Notes: generated from the sequence alone by a model not told the origin. A stretch of 63,890 nucleotides of DNA, filler included, from Octopus bimaculoides (GCF_001194135.2; 4 parts of 4 records of this genome joined end to end with filler, not necessarily neighbours in it), one strand, 5' to 3'; counted from the first letter of the whole stretch, positions 50,990 to 62,630 are shown. Translations and numbers: made by a program.

Positions 50990-53900
50990 TGCAAGGGAAA
51001 GTTACTTGAAACTATCAGATGTCAAAAAAAAATAGTAGTGATGATATTGGTGATGAATGTTACCTTACCTCAGTTTATAAGAGAAAGGGGTTTCACAAGA
51101 AACTCTGATTGTAACAGTGAAAATAAAGTTGGACCTTTAAGGGAAGGCCTCTCACTCAACAATGATTCAGTAAAGATGCGACTGACCACAGCTGTTATCC
51201 TAGTACAGCAGAGTAAGGAGGAGGAAGTGGACTAGCAAAGAAAACAGGATGGTGATGAAGTGCTACTTAAAAAGTGAACCTAAAAGAAGGGGCTATAGAA
51301 AACGAATGTTAATACTATGGGTAGAGAAGGGTATGCTTACAGTAACTGAGCAGAGTTTAATAGATCAAGCTAATGCTATTAGAAGAAAATGGATGACAGA
51401 ATTGGAGGCAGAAGAGATCACAAGGGAACTGGAAAAGAAAAACCAGGCAGGAGGAAAGACAAACAACAACATAAGAGAAGAATCTAAAGGAAAAAATAAT
51501 AGTGCTACCAATAAAGAAGGGACAACTGGCACCAGTGACTGGAGTGATTTAAGTGAGGAAGATCAGAAGATATTACATGAGTTGCAGAAAGTAATGAGTA
51601 AAGAAGTAAGCAAAAGATTACCAATATTAAATGGCACCAACAGAAGGAAGCTGCTAGAAATGACTAGGAAAGTAGATTCTGTTATCAGTAGGATAGATAC
51701 TAAAAATATAGGAGAGACTAACTTATTGATATATGCAGGAGGGGCAGTAGTCACTAGAAGATTAGATATCTCACAGGGAAAGATTTTTAAAAAAAGCAAA
51801 TGTGGAAAAGGAGACTACAATATAAAGTGAAAATTTTAAGACAAGATCTGAGTAGAAAAGAAGCCTAGAAACTGAACAGGAAACACCAAATCTTCCCTTG
51901 AGAAAAGATATTTAGTCAAAGAGAATGTATTTGGGACAGTAATAGAAGAGTCGAAACAGTGTATCATAGCAGTAGCAGGCAAGTTCTCCAGATATCAGTA
52001 TCAATAGAATAGATTATCTGAGACAGACCAGAGGAGATTTCATAACCAAATAAATAGTGGAAAATGAAGTACTGAAGTTGAGAAATCTAATGCAAAAGAA
52101 GCTAGAAAGTTCTGAAGTAATATTTGGGATAAGCCAGTCAATCATAATGGAGATGCAGTACAGTTAAAGAAAGTGAGGGAAGAAATAGTGAATGAGAAGC
52201 AGCTTGATCTAAGACTAACTGGTGCGTTAATGAGTAAAGTGTCAGGAAAATGCCAAATTGGAAAGGCCCAGGACAAGATTTAGTTCAAGGGTATTGGTAA
52301 GGCCCAGGACAAGATTTAGTTCAAGGGTATTGGTTAAAGAAATTTAGTAGTTTACATGGGAAGCTGAGGGAACAACTTCAGGATTGCTTTAATGGAGGAA
52401 TAATACCAGATTGGATGACTAGAGGGAAGACAATACTCATTGTGAAAAATAAGAGCAAGAGTAATACAGTTAGCAACTATAGACCAATCACTTGCTTACC
52501 ATTAGTGTGGATGCTGTTAACAGGAATGCTTTCAGAAAGCTTTTACAAGCACCTTGACAACCAGAATTTATTGCCAGAAGAACAAAAAGGTTGCAGGAAG
52601 GCTAGAGGAATGCATGATCTATTATACATAGACAAAGCAGTTCTAAATGAAGTAAAAGCTAGAAAGAAAAATCTAACAATAGCATGGATAGATTATAGGA
52701 AAGCCTATGACATGATCCCATACTCATGAATAAGCGAACATCTGAGTATATTCAATATAACAGACAGCATAAGAGAATTAATTAGCTTTAGCATGAAGAG
52801 ATGGAAAGAAGATCTCTACTCAGGTGACACACTCTTAGGGAAAGTTAATATTAAAAGAGGAATTTTCCAGGGGGACTCGTTGTCCCCTTTAATATTTGTC
52901 TTATGTTTGATCTCCCTCAGTTTAGTATTAAGGAAGGCAAAGGCAGGGTATCAGTTCAAAAATAGTAAGGGAAAAATTAACCATTTGCTCTACATGGATG
53001 ATCTGAAGCTTTTTAGTAAGAATGAGAAAGAGATAGATTCTTTAATACAAACAGTAAGACTCTTCAGCAAAGATATAAGCATAGAATTTGGCATAGATAA
53101 GTGTGCAATATTAGTCATGAGAAGGAGAAAGATAGTCAACAGTGAGGGCATCCAATGAAAGGAGGAGAGAGTTATAAGTATCTAGGAGTATTAGAATTTG
53201 ACAGAGTACTAACTATAGAAATGAAAACGAAAATTGAGAAGGAGTACATCAGAAGGGTGAGAATGCTAATGAAGTTAAAGCTAGATAGTCCGAATCTAGT
53301 GAAGGCTGTAAATACTTGGGTAGTATCATTACTTAGATGATCAGCAGCTTTTGTAGATTGGACAAAAACTGAATTAGCAAAGCTAGACAGAAGAACTAGG
53401 AAGGAATTCAGTATGAAAGAAGGACTCCATCTAAGGGCAGAGTAGCAAGATTATACTTACCTAGAAAGGAAGGCAGAAAAGGGCTAATGTCAGTAGAAGA
53501 CTGCATGGAGTTAGCTAGAGTAGATATAAATGCCTATGTAGGTAATAGTGAAGAAAGTTTATTAAAAGCTACTAGAGTCACAGCAAGACATAGGGAAACC
53601 AAAAACCCAAATGAAGTTAAAAACCAAAAAAAAAAGAACAGAAATGATCTGACTGACAGGAGGTGTTGCATGGTAGATTCCCAATGATAATTGCAGCAAA
53701 TAGAAGTAGTAAGACATGGTTATGGTTGCAGAAAAGAAAGCTGAAAAAGGAGGCAGGAAGTTTGTTCGCAGATGCACAAAATCAAGCATTAAAGACTAAT
53801 TGAATAAAAGCCAAGATTGACAAAAATCAAGTAGATTCCCAATGTAGGTTATGCAAATCAAAAGAGGAAAGCGTTACTCATATAGTAAGTGAATGTAGTA

Positions 53901-54473
53901 TGCTGGCACAGAAAGAATACAGGAAAAGACATGACAACATAGGGAGAGTAATCCACTGTGAGTTATGTAAAAAACTAAGATTTGAACATACTAATAAATG
54001 GTATGAACATGAACCTAGTTAAGTACTAAAAAGTAAGAAATACAAGATGTGAGACTTCAACATTCAGACTGACAGAAGCTAGAAGGTCTGATTTAGTAGT
54101 AATAGATAAAGAGAATAGAAAGTGCCAGATAATTGATGAAAAAAATCAATATGAGCAGTATAGAAAGAATAGCAAAGTACCAGGACCTAGCCATTGAATT
54201 ACAGAGACAATGGAAAGTATGGGTAAAACATATCCTAGTAGTTATAGGTGCACTGGGAACTATCCTTGACGATCTGATCAGATGGATAGAGGAAATAGGC
54301 ATAAAACCCAGTTTAGTACAGCTCCAGAAATCAGTGTTATTAAGTATAGCTAGGATATTTAGGAGGGTTCTTGGTATCTAAGGTTACTTGTTGTAGCCCG
54401 ATATTAGGAATTTTTCTTTCCCGACAGTCTAATCTGTTATGTGTATATGAAAATAATATTAATAATAATAAAA
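50990..54473 (+). mobile_element. Near-full-length decayed R4/Dong-clade (RLE) non-LTR retrotransposon (family B)
   Basis: N-terminal KWTSKENRMVMKCYLKSEPKRRGYRKRM; RT motifs NYRPITCL, WIDYRKAYD, GIFQGDSLSPL, HLLYMDDLKLF; CCHC CRLCKSKEESVTHIVSEC...KRHD; RLE KYQDLAIEL...VVIGALG; AATAATATTAATAATAATA tail. The 5' boundary is approximate. Confidence 0.95.
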
Positions 54474-54479
54474 ACGACT

Positions 54480-55100
54480 TCGCTTCATATTTCAAAGCAA
54501 ACATTCTCAACCAAAATGTTCTTTTGCCTATTGGCTCAGAGGAATGAGAAATCAGCTTTTTCAGCTTCTTTTCCATTTCTGTCTTCAGGGACAAAATTTC
54601 CGTTTTTTTAAAGTTCATCAAACAATTACACAAATAGCTGAAATGATTTTAGAAGAACATACCTGTTTAAGGACACTCAAATTCTCCTCAATATCTGCAC
54701 CAAACAATACTAATTTTGAACAATAGTGTTCAATGATAGCATCCATTGAAATGAATTACTCTTACCAATAAACTTTTTGAAGCAATGAATCATCAGGCTG
54801 TGATGCACATATGGGTATATTTGATGTAAGACCTTCAGGTATAATTTGTTCTCATCTGCATGTAACCAGAAAAGATAAATGGCATTTCATTTTAGCATGA
54901 AAATGATTAAGTTAGAAATGCTGATTTCTCATTTTGTGATTCGTATTTGAATGGTACAAAATTCATTGGCCCAGGATTGGGCTCAAGGTCTAACAAAATT
55001 AACAGGGATGACAAGCAAACTGTAAGAAGGAATAAAACGCAAAAGCTATTACTTATATTATGATTTTCTTTAGACACCCAACTGTTTAAGTAACTTCAGA
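54480..55100 (-). mobile_element. Decayed 5' part of a retroelement ORF with a 2A-like (StopGo) motif and an HLxFLxxC..IIPxGL domain
   Basis: Minus frame ...FCVLFLLTVCLSSLLILL-DLEPNPGP-MNF (DLEPNPGP at 54967-54990), then after a frameshift KCHLSFLVTCR*EQIIPEGLTSNIP...MDAIIEHYCSKL...TEMEKKLKKL. Confidence 0.6.
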
Positions 55101-55599
55101 ATTTCCAAATGTTCCAATTCTTATTCAGTGTAACATAAAATCAATCATCTCAATCTACTTTATTTTGATATTTTGAAAGGATTGACATAACTCCTCACAA
55201 AGGTAAATAGACAATACGAAGAGTGCAATGCAATTTCAATAGATATTTTTAGATATTTTATTAGTTTGAACAATATTTTGACAGCTTGCCTGTCTTTATT
55301 GAGTTCAAAATAAAAAGGAATACATAGAAATTCAAAATTATAGAAATTCAAATTCAAAAGTTTGAACGAGAGCAACCAGTGTTCCTACGTTGATGGAATG
55401 ACATCACCAGTCTTCAATTTTCAAGTTTACAACTGGCAAAAAGAAAAAGAAAGAAAAAAAAAACAGAATTATCACACTTCTCTGCCACTAAACCTCTATA
55501 TATTGTTAAAGTGGAACATCCATCAATCCCATTGCCTACCTGGAAATGGGCTATGAGTACAGGACTGTAGCTCTATGAAGGAGACAAGCTGCGGAAAGA

Positions 55600-57180
55600 T
55601 GTGTCCTATGTACAGAAGAGGCAAAGCAGGCATCCTGACAGACTGAGCATGTGATGTGAAATGGCTTCAATAGGTGGCTGTTTACTTTGACCACTAAGCA
55701 GGTGCCACTGTACATTGCAGTGATCCAGTCTCTAAAAACAGGTCCAAAACTGGCCACTTTCAGGACAGCTTCAAAGTAGTAAAGGTTGACTCTATTTAAT
55801 GCTTTGGACTGATCAAAAAAAAAAATCAGGGTCCCACCAAATCCAGCTTCCATTTTGCTGCCAGTTAAAGTAGATGTTTGTCAAGAGGCCACCAAACAAA
55901 TATGGCATAAACTCATAGAATTCATAGGTGACCATTCAAAAACCAGGTAATTTGCAACTTGTGCAATTGCTCATTGCCTCCCATATTTCAGTGGCCTTTT
56001 CACAGAACTTTGCATCTGCCTACCAAGAGCTATGGCAGGCAGTCCAAGTATGAATTAATGTCCACTGCTGTTGCTGATCCATCACCCTCCACAAACATCT
56101 CTTGGAACTAAATAGCATAATTCATCCTGATCCATCAAAGACCTAACCAGTCAGGCTCATCAAATGGCATTAGCTCTTTCATGTTTGAGTGCACAGGCTT
56201 TAGCTCTTACAATTCCACCTTAGTGTTTTGCTTTGAAGAAATGGTCAAGGACTATTCTCACCACTAGTACATCAGTTGCGATGCCTTTTCTAATCACCTC
56301 TTCTAGTTTGCTAACTAGTTCTCCCTCTAACCTATTTCCTTATACTGCTAACTCTTTGCTAAATGCTACTGATTCTACTCTAATCACCCTCTTCAGGGCG
56401 ATCTACCACCAGTTGTTGATGTCTACCCCCAACTGCTGCTTAACTAGTTTACTAATCCGGTCCTTGTAGTCTTTACATGCCAGACAGGACATGTTCATCT
56501 TCCAGTTACCAGGTCTCTGTCTACAGATCCTATCTAAATTGACTGTGCAAATCACAAATTTGTGGTCTGTGTAACTGACCAATTTGAATTGTGGACAACC
56601 TACACTATCCCTATCTGTTGACCTAACAAATACTCTCTATCTAAACACATTCTATATGACCCATTGTGGTTGCTCTATGTCCACATTGGCACATCAGGGA
56701 AATCAAGTTGATACTTGTCAGACAGTTGGAAGTTTCTGAGCAGATTTTCAAGACTTCTGCTATATACCAGCCCCACACAGTCCTTCCATGTATCCAAAAT
56801 ACTATTGCAATCTCTCACTTGTACTACAGTGCAAGATATTCCCAGGAATGTTTCTAGACACCTGAAAAAAATTTGGCCTTCCAGTCCCTGTCAAGGTATA
56901 AATGGCTACCTGTTTAAAGGCACCACCTTCACTACTGCTCACCAACCTGTCATTGGTCCATGAAGATTACCTGTACTTTGAGACATAAGGATTTTCAGAA
57001 TAGCACTGCTACACAGTTGCCAGCTACCAACAGACCACAAGATGAGAATATCTTTTAGTTTTCAAAAATGGATGCTAGAGCATACTTCCTAGAGATTCTT
57101 GTCTCATTAATGGCAGCCATATCTAAATCAAGTAACCTGAAATTCTTGAGCTAGTGCCCCTGCTTTCAAGTTGATAAAGG
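55600..57180 (-). mobile_element. Decayed Tx1/L1-clade LINE ORF2 (APE plus N-terminal half of RT), 3'-truncated
   Basis: APE: DLDMAAINETR, AVLF, CLDRVFVR, TDHKFV, PGNWKMN. RT: GGTLIFFFDQSKALNRV...FGPVFRDWI...VKVNSHL..PF.ITCSVCQ. Confidence 0.9.
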
Positions 57181-57237
57181 AAGTGAGTACACAAGCGTGT
57201 GACTGTGAGTACACAAGTGTGTGAAGTGAGTACACAA
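57181..57237 (+). repeat. Short tandem repeat of about 20-22 bp (GTGAGTACACAAG(C/T)GTGTGA), about 3 copies
   Basis: Directly visible; a further partial copy follows the SINE at 57470. Confidence 0.85.
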
Positions 57238-57469
57238 GGCGGCGAGCTAGCAGAAACATTAGCACGCCGGGCGAAATGCTCAGCGGTATTTCGTCTGCCC
57301 GCTACGTTCTGAGTTCAAATTCCGCCGAGGTCGACTTTACCTTTCATCCTTTCGGGGTCGATTAAATAAGTACCAGTTACGCACTGGGGTCGATATAATC
57401 GATTTAATTCGTTTGTCTGTCCTTGTTTGTCCCCTCTGTGTGTAGCCCCTTGTGGGTAGTAAAGAAATA
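57238..57469 (+). mobile_element. Young full-length tRNA-derived SINE family A with ACACAA(G) target-site duplication
   Basis: A/B boxes (TAGCAGAAAC, GAGTTCAAATTCC); CpGs intact; ACACAA at 57232-57237 and 57470-57475. Confidence 0.95.
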
Positions 57470-58743
57470 ACACAAGCGTGTGACTGTTGGTCATTTAGTT
57501 GTTCAGATGTTTCTTTTGGTTTTTATGATTTTTTATTCATTTGAGGTTATGAAAGTGTTTGTAAAAGTTGGTTTTCTTGTTGTGACGAAGATGCTGATTG
57601 TAGTAGTGTAGCAATTCTCAATTTCATTAATACAGGAGGCTGAAAAGATTGGCTGTAAGTAGGTTTTGCTCTTCTAAGAACAAGAGTATAGTATCCATCA
57701 GTAGTAGCTTTAGTCATGAACCTGGCTGGTCAGCAAATAGCCATGTTTAAATACCATTTTTAAGCCTCGTTTTCATTCCAAAACCTTGTTTTCAACTGGC
57801 TGTAGTAATATTAACAGTAATATTAACAGATTCCATGCGAAATCAACGCAGGTGTCGAAGGTGCCCGAAATTGATTTCTTTCAAACTTTGCATGCTAAAT
57901 GGTCTTCATATGAAACCTTTAAATATTTTTTACCCAACTGTAGTATTTGCTGAATTATGATCATTTGAAATTTTCAGAAAAGTCATATCTGAGCTACTAT
58001 TTGAGCTAGAAAGCTCAATTTTTTTTTTTTTTTTTTTTTTTTTTCCATTTTAACACATTTAAATAGATCTACAACTTTTGTTGGATGTATTTTTCCTTAC
58101 AATAAAAATAAAAAAGCTGTCTAAAATTTGACCTTTGACTTTTCATAGGTCAAAAGTCAGTCATCGATTTTTTTGAAATTTTGTCCAAATATTACCCTAC
58201 TTACATACAAAAATTCATACTGGGATCTCAGTGGGAACTGTAGTTATAAGGTCTTCCATTAACTATGTTTCATGTTATACAGCCTAATTAAATTACCTAA
58301 TTCTTATTTTTTTTGTTTTCAGATTAGATATATATGACCATTTTAGTTAATTTCTGGTTACAGATGGATATAAAAGAAAGATTTTTAACTAAGCAAGAAA
58401 AGTGTTGTGACCCATTTAAAAAGCATAGAGCACCTGTGAAAAGGGGTTTAAGAACAATAACAGTAGATTTTGCAACAAAATATCCTAGAGCAAGCATAAT
58501 TCCTGGACAAAAAATATGTGACTCTTGCAGAAAAACTTTACCCACATTTCAAATAGAACCATCATCAGAAGATACGAGAAATGATATATCAACTACCACT
58601 GAAATGATTTCATCATCAACAGATGTCTTCATAGAAGAAAATACTCTGTCAGAAATTGGAGTATCGCCAATGAAAAACAAAAGATATATAATACCATCGT
58701 GTATGCTGAGAAAATAAATTAAAAATGCTATTCGTTGACCAGG

Positions 58744-59383
58744 TGTGAAAAATCTTTGTCCTGTCAGAAGTGATGGATGAGTTTCCACTCAACCTCCGAC
58801 CTGAGCAGTGTCATGGAGGGTTCGGCTGGACAGCAGGTGACCTAGATAAGTACAAACTACTCTTATGGTATATCTATCTTTCTAGCTAGGATGACCATTA
58901 TAAATATTGTTTCCTTAAACACCCGACAGAAAGCCAGATAACTAGTAATAGGCAAGCAGTCAACAGAAAGTCACATAGTCAGCATGAGCAAGCAGTGACC
59001 ACCTAGATAGAAGATAGATAGCCGACGACACAAGACAACAGCAGTTGCATAACACTAACAGATAAGATAGAAAAACAACCAACACACACAGACACAAAAT
59101 ATGCCTTGTACTATCTTATCAAATCAACATTCTATTTCTCCTGTTTTTTCCTTCATCAACTCAAAGCAGTTGGCAACTTTATGTAGCAGCCTTTATTGAT
59201 GTTTCAAATCAAACTTTGTGTATCCAACACGTAAATGCAACTGTTAACCAAATAAATTATTTAAACTACATTCCAATGCTTTCCTTATTGTTTTCCTTTG
59301 ATATCAGTCCAACACGCCTATCTTCATCTGCTACACCCAACAACATACATTCAACCATCAACAATATCACATTTCGCTACACA
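58744..59383 (+). mobile_element. About 640-bp foreign insert in the transposase, possibly a solo LTR
   Basis: Starts TGTG and ends CTACACA, with a TATA-like TTATAAATA and AATAAA inside; the transposase stops before and resumes after; no TSD, and part of the transposase appears deleted. Confidence 0.35.
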
Positions 59384-60031
59384 TCCTACTATAAGTACAT
59401 TTCCTCAATGTTATGCCATGTTAAAAAGGATTACAAATCAGTAAAAAAAAAAAAGATGGCAAAAGAGTCCATGAGCAAGAGTACCCCATACTTTGTAACT
59501 TAAAGGAAGCCTTCTAGTTGTTTAAATAAAAAAATAGTGAAATCAAAATTAGTTTCTCAAAATTTACAGAGCTAAAGCCAAGGTAGTGCTGGTATTATTA
59601 TGTATGTGTATGCATCATTTAAACTAATGATTTCTGGCATGATACTCTCTGATTTAACCAAGGATATGAAATTTCACTTGGTTGATTATAAACAATGTCT
59701 GGAATCAATTACTTGCAACCCAACAACAAATGACTGCTTCATGGGCAACTGTTCAAATTGTAATTCTTTGCTAGAAGAGCTTGAAAAATTCTTATATGAA
59801 AAGTTCAATGTAAATATGATTCATGAAGTATAATATAAGCAATAGATAACAACAGACAAAACAATCTTAGAAAATATATCAAAATCAGCAGATGAGTTTG
59901 TTAAAATTTTCTGTCAAAGTACAGGATTCCCTTGCAAAAGAACAACCTAAATTTTGTACTTCAAGAAAAGAATCTTTAAATGAAGGAGAAATCTTAGTCA
60001 TAGCATATTTTTCAGAGAATTATTCATTCAT

Positions 60032-60263
60032 CTTATTTCTTTATTGCCCACAAGGGGCTAAACATAGAGGGGACAAACAAGGACAGACAAAGGGATTAAG
60101 TCGATTACATCGACCCCAGTGCGTAACTGGTACTTAATTTATCGACCCCGGAAGGATGAAAGGCAAAGTCGACCTCGGCGGAATTTGAACTCAGAACGTA
60201 AAGACAGACGAAATATAGCTTCGCATTTCGCCCGGCGTGCTAATGATTCTGCCAGCTCGCCGC
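60032..60263 (-). mobile_element. Young full-length SINE family A inserted in the transposase gene
   Basis: Near-identical reverse complement of 57238-57469; splits ENYSFI / QDAEQGFH. Confidence 0.95.
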
Positions 60264-62351
60264 TGGATGCAAGATGCTGAACAAGGATTTCATTGAAACA
60301 ATGCCCAAACCACTATCCATCTGTTTGTTTCTTACTATAAACAAAACAATGATGTGACTAACATCAATGTTACTGTATGAAGTATGATACAGTAGCAGTC
60401 CATCTCTTCAAAAAAAAAGGCTGACAGATTTTCTTTGGGGCAAAGCCTTTAATATCAGCAAAATCATCTATTTTTCAGATGGTGCTTCTTTGCAATACAA
60501 AAATTTTAAGAATTTTATAAATTTATGCTACCTTTCTATAGATTTCCAAACTGATACAGAGTGGCACTTCTTTACTACTTCTCACAGCAAAGGACCTTGT
60601 GATGGCTTAGGAGGTACAATTAAACAAATGGCAGCTTGGGCAAGTTTACAATGCCCTTTCAATGAACAAATCAGGTCTCCAAAACAACTTTATGGTTATG
60701 GTCAGCAAAACATTCCTGGAATTAATTTTATCTACTCCTCAAATGATGATATGCAGAATGAGGAAAATCTCTTGAGAGAGAGATTTAGAAATGCAAGGAC
60801 AATTCCAGGGACACAAAAGTTACATTGCTTTATCCCAAACCCACCTTCAGAAATTAAGGTAAAAATGATATCTACAATATATAATTATACTAAAATTAGA
60901 ATCTCCATGTAAGATGCCATCCAATTTGAGGATATAAAAGGGTTAGTAGCTGCAATTTATGATGGTGACTGGTAGTTAGCCTGTGTTCTAGAAACATAAC
61001 CAGAAACTATGTAAGTAAAACTCACCTTTCTTGAACCTAAAGGACCCTCATAATCATTTCAGTATTCTAGAAAGTAAGATGTTTTAACAGTGGGTTATTT
61101 AGACATCCTTTGTAAATTTGACCCCCAGAACTACTACAGGAAGAACATATAGTTTGATAGAAAAAGAAGTGAAAAATGCATCACAATTATTAATTTAAAG
61201 AAAATTGTCTCATTAAATTTTGAAGATTTCAGAATTTCATCTAACAAGTATCTAAGCATTTAAAGCAAGGCAAGGGTGGGAGGTTGAGACATGTGGCTTC
61301 ATCTGCTAAGCTATCAGGATGATGGGGACGCCAACAATTTGTTTAATGATTCTAAGTGTTGGCAGTGGCATTGCCACCATTGACCATAGCAGAGCTGAAG
61401 AGTAGTTACAATTAAAATAGACATTACTACTGAAATAATAAAAATGCATATTTTGATTATCAGCACTTTGTTTTCTCCTTCAAGCTCAAATTGTTTTGCT
61501 TAGTAAACAATTTTTGATTACTTGTCACTACTTTTCACTATAATTATATTTAATAAAAAAAACTTCCCATTGAGATCCCAATATGAATTTTTTTTATGTG
61601 AGTTATGACTAAGTAGGGCAATATTTGGACAAAATTTCAAAAAATTCAAACGACTGCATCTTTTGACCTATGAAAGGTCAAATTTTCTGTCAGCTTTTTT
61701 TTTTATTGTAAGGAAAAAATACACTAAAGAAAGGTTGTAGATCCATCTAAATGCATTAAAATGAAAAAACATTGAGCTTTCTAGCTCAAACAGTAGCTGA
61801 CATATGACTTCTTAAAGTTATTGAGTAACTGAAAAAATGTTACTTTTTTAAAAATTACAAATGGTTATAACTCAGCAAATATTACAGTTAAGTAAAAAAA
61901 ATATTTCATATTTAAAGGTTTTATATGAAGGCATGCAAAGTTTGAAAAAAATCGATTTCGGTCACCTTCAATTCTATTTTAAATTTCTTTGATTTTGTAC
62001 AGAATTACCCATTAATGAATATAACATGTATAGTTATAGGAATTATATCAGTAATTATTACCACATTCTCCCCTGCTGAAGAATCTGAGTACAACCAGGT
62101 GAGTTCGTAAAGTTCTTAGGCATCAAAATATAACATGGGGCATTACAATATTCCAGATAGTGTACGTCTTTCAACTTCCCAAGTTGTAAGAGTGTAGATG
62201 CTGTTGATCTGCTTTCAATTGCACAGGATCTTCAAGTTTGTGCTGTTAGTTTCTTCTTCAGAATCGATACCAGCAGTTCCAGTTTCAACTGCCGGTGTTT
62301 ATGCTTCAAGATCATTCACAGGTTCCTGGTTGCATGATGGGGTATCAAGCA

Positions 62352-62630
62352 TGGTCATCATCATCATCATCATCGTTTAACGTCCGCTTTCCATGCTAGC
62401 ATGGGTTGGACGATTTGACTGAGGACTGGTGAAACCGGATGGCAACACCAGGCTCCAATCTAATTTGGCAGAGTTTCTACAGCTGGATGCCCTTCCTAAT
62501 GCCAACCACTCAGAGAGTGTAGTGGGTGCTTTTACGTGTCACCCGCACGAAAACGGCCACGCTCGAAATGGTGTCTTTTATGTGCCACCCGCCCAAGCCA
62601 GTCCAGGGGCACTGGCAACGATCTCGCTCG
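62352..62630 (-). mobile_element. SINE or RTE-type 3' end with (GAT)n tail (family E)
   Basis: Reverse complement GGTTGGCATTAGGAAGGGCATCCAGCTGTAGAAAC...CCCATGCTAGCATGGAAAGCGGACGTTAAACGATGATGATG. Confidence 0.75.

Larger units (their letters stand above)
57829..62010 (+). mobile_element. Decayed Sola2-like DNA transposon with TIRs of about 410-450 bp
   Basis: 57829-58237 and 61564-62010 are long imperfect inverted repeats. Transposase motifs: CCDPFKKH..ICDSCRK, KRVHEQ..LCNLKEA, FSKFTELKP, CVC, FSENYSF, QDAEQGFH, FSDGASLQYKN, EWHFFTTSHSKGPCDGLGGTIK. Superfamily assigned from remembered motif patterns. Confidence 0.8.
57599..62350 (-). mobile_element. Gypsy-like LTR retrotransposon 3' end: internal remnant (62066-62350), PPT, and 3' LTR split by the Sola2-like element
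   Basis: On the minus strand the PPT AGGGGAGAA (62066-62074) directly precedes TGTGGTAAT (LTR start, 62065). The LTR ends ...CACTACTACA at 57599. The termini are imperfect inverted repeats (TGTGGTAAT vs TGTAGTAGT). Confidence 0.55.

Noticed and set aside
54663-54855. Apparent two-exon minus-strand gene (54766-54855 and 54663-54694, 71-nt GT-AG intron; DENKLYLKVLHQ...IEENLSVLKQ)
   Set aside because: A different frame runs straight through the supposed intron with retroelement motifs (HLSFLVTC..IIPEGL...MDAIIEHY) and joins the second exon's frame, so the splice sites are probably coincidental.
57238-57330. tRNA gene
   Set aside because: The A/B boxes belong to a SINE head; no complete cloverleaf, and it continues into the SINE body and tail.
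58760-58780. TGTCAGAAGTG resembling a Gypsy primer-binding site
   Set aside because: No preceding TGG or upstream LTR end; partial match only.
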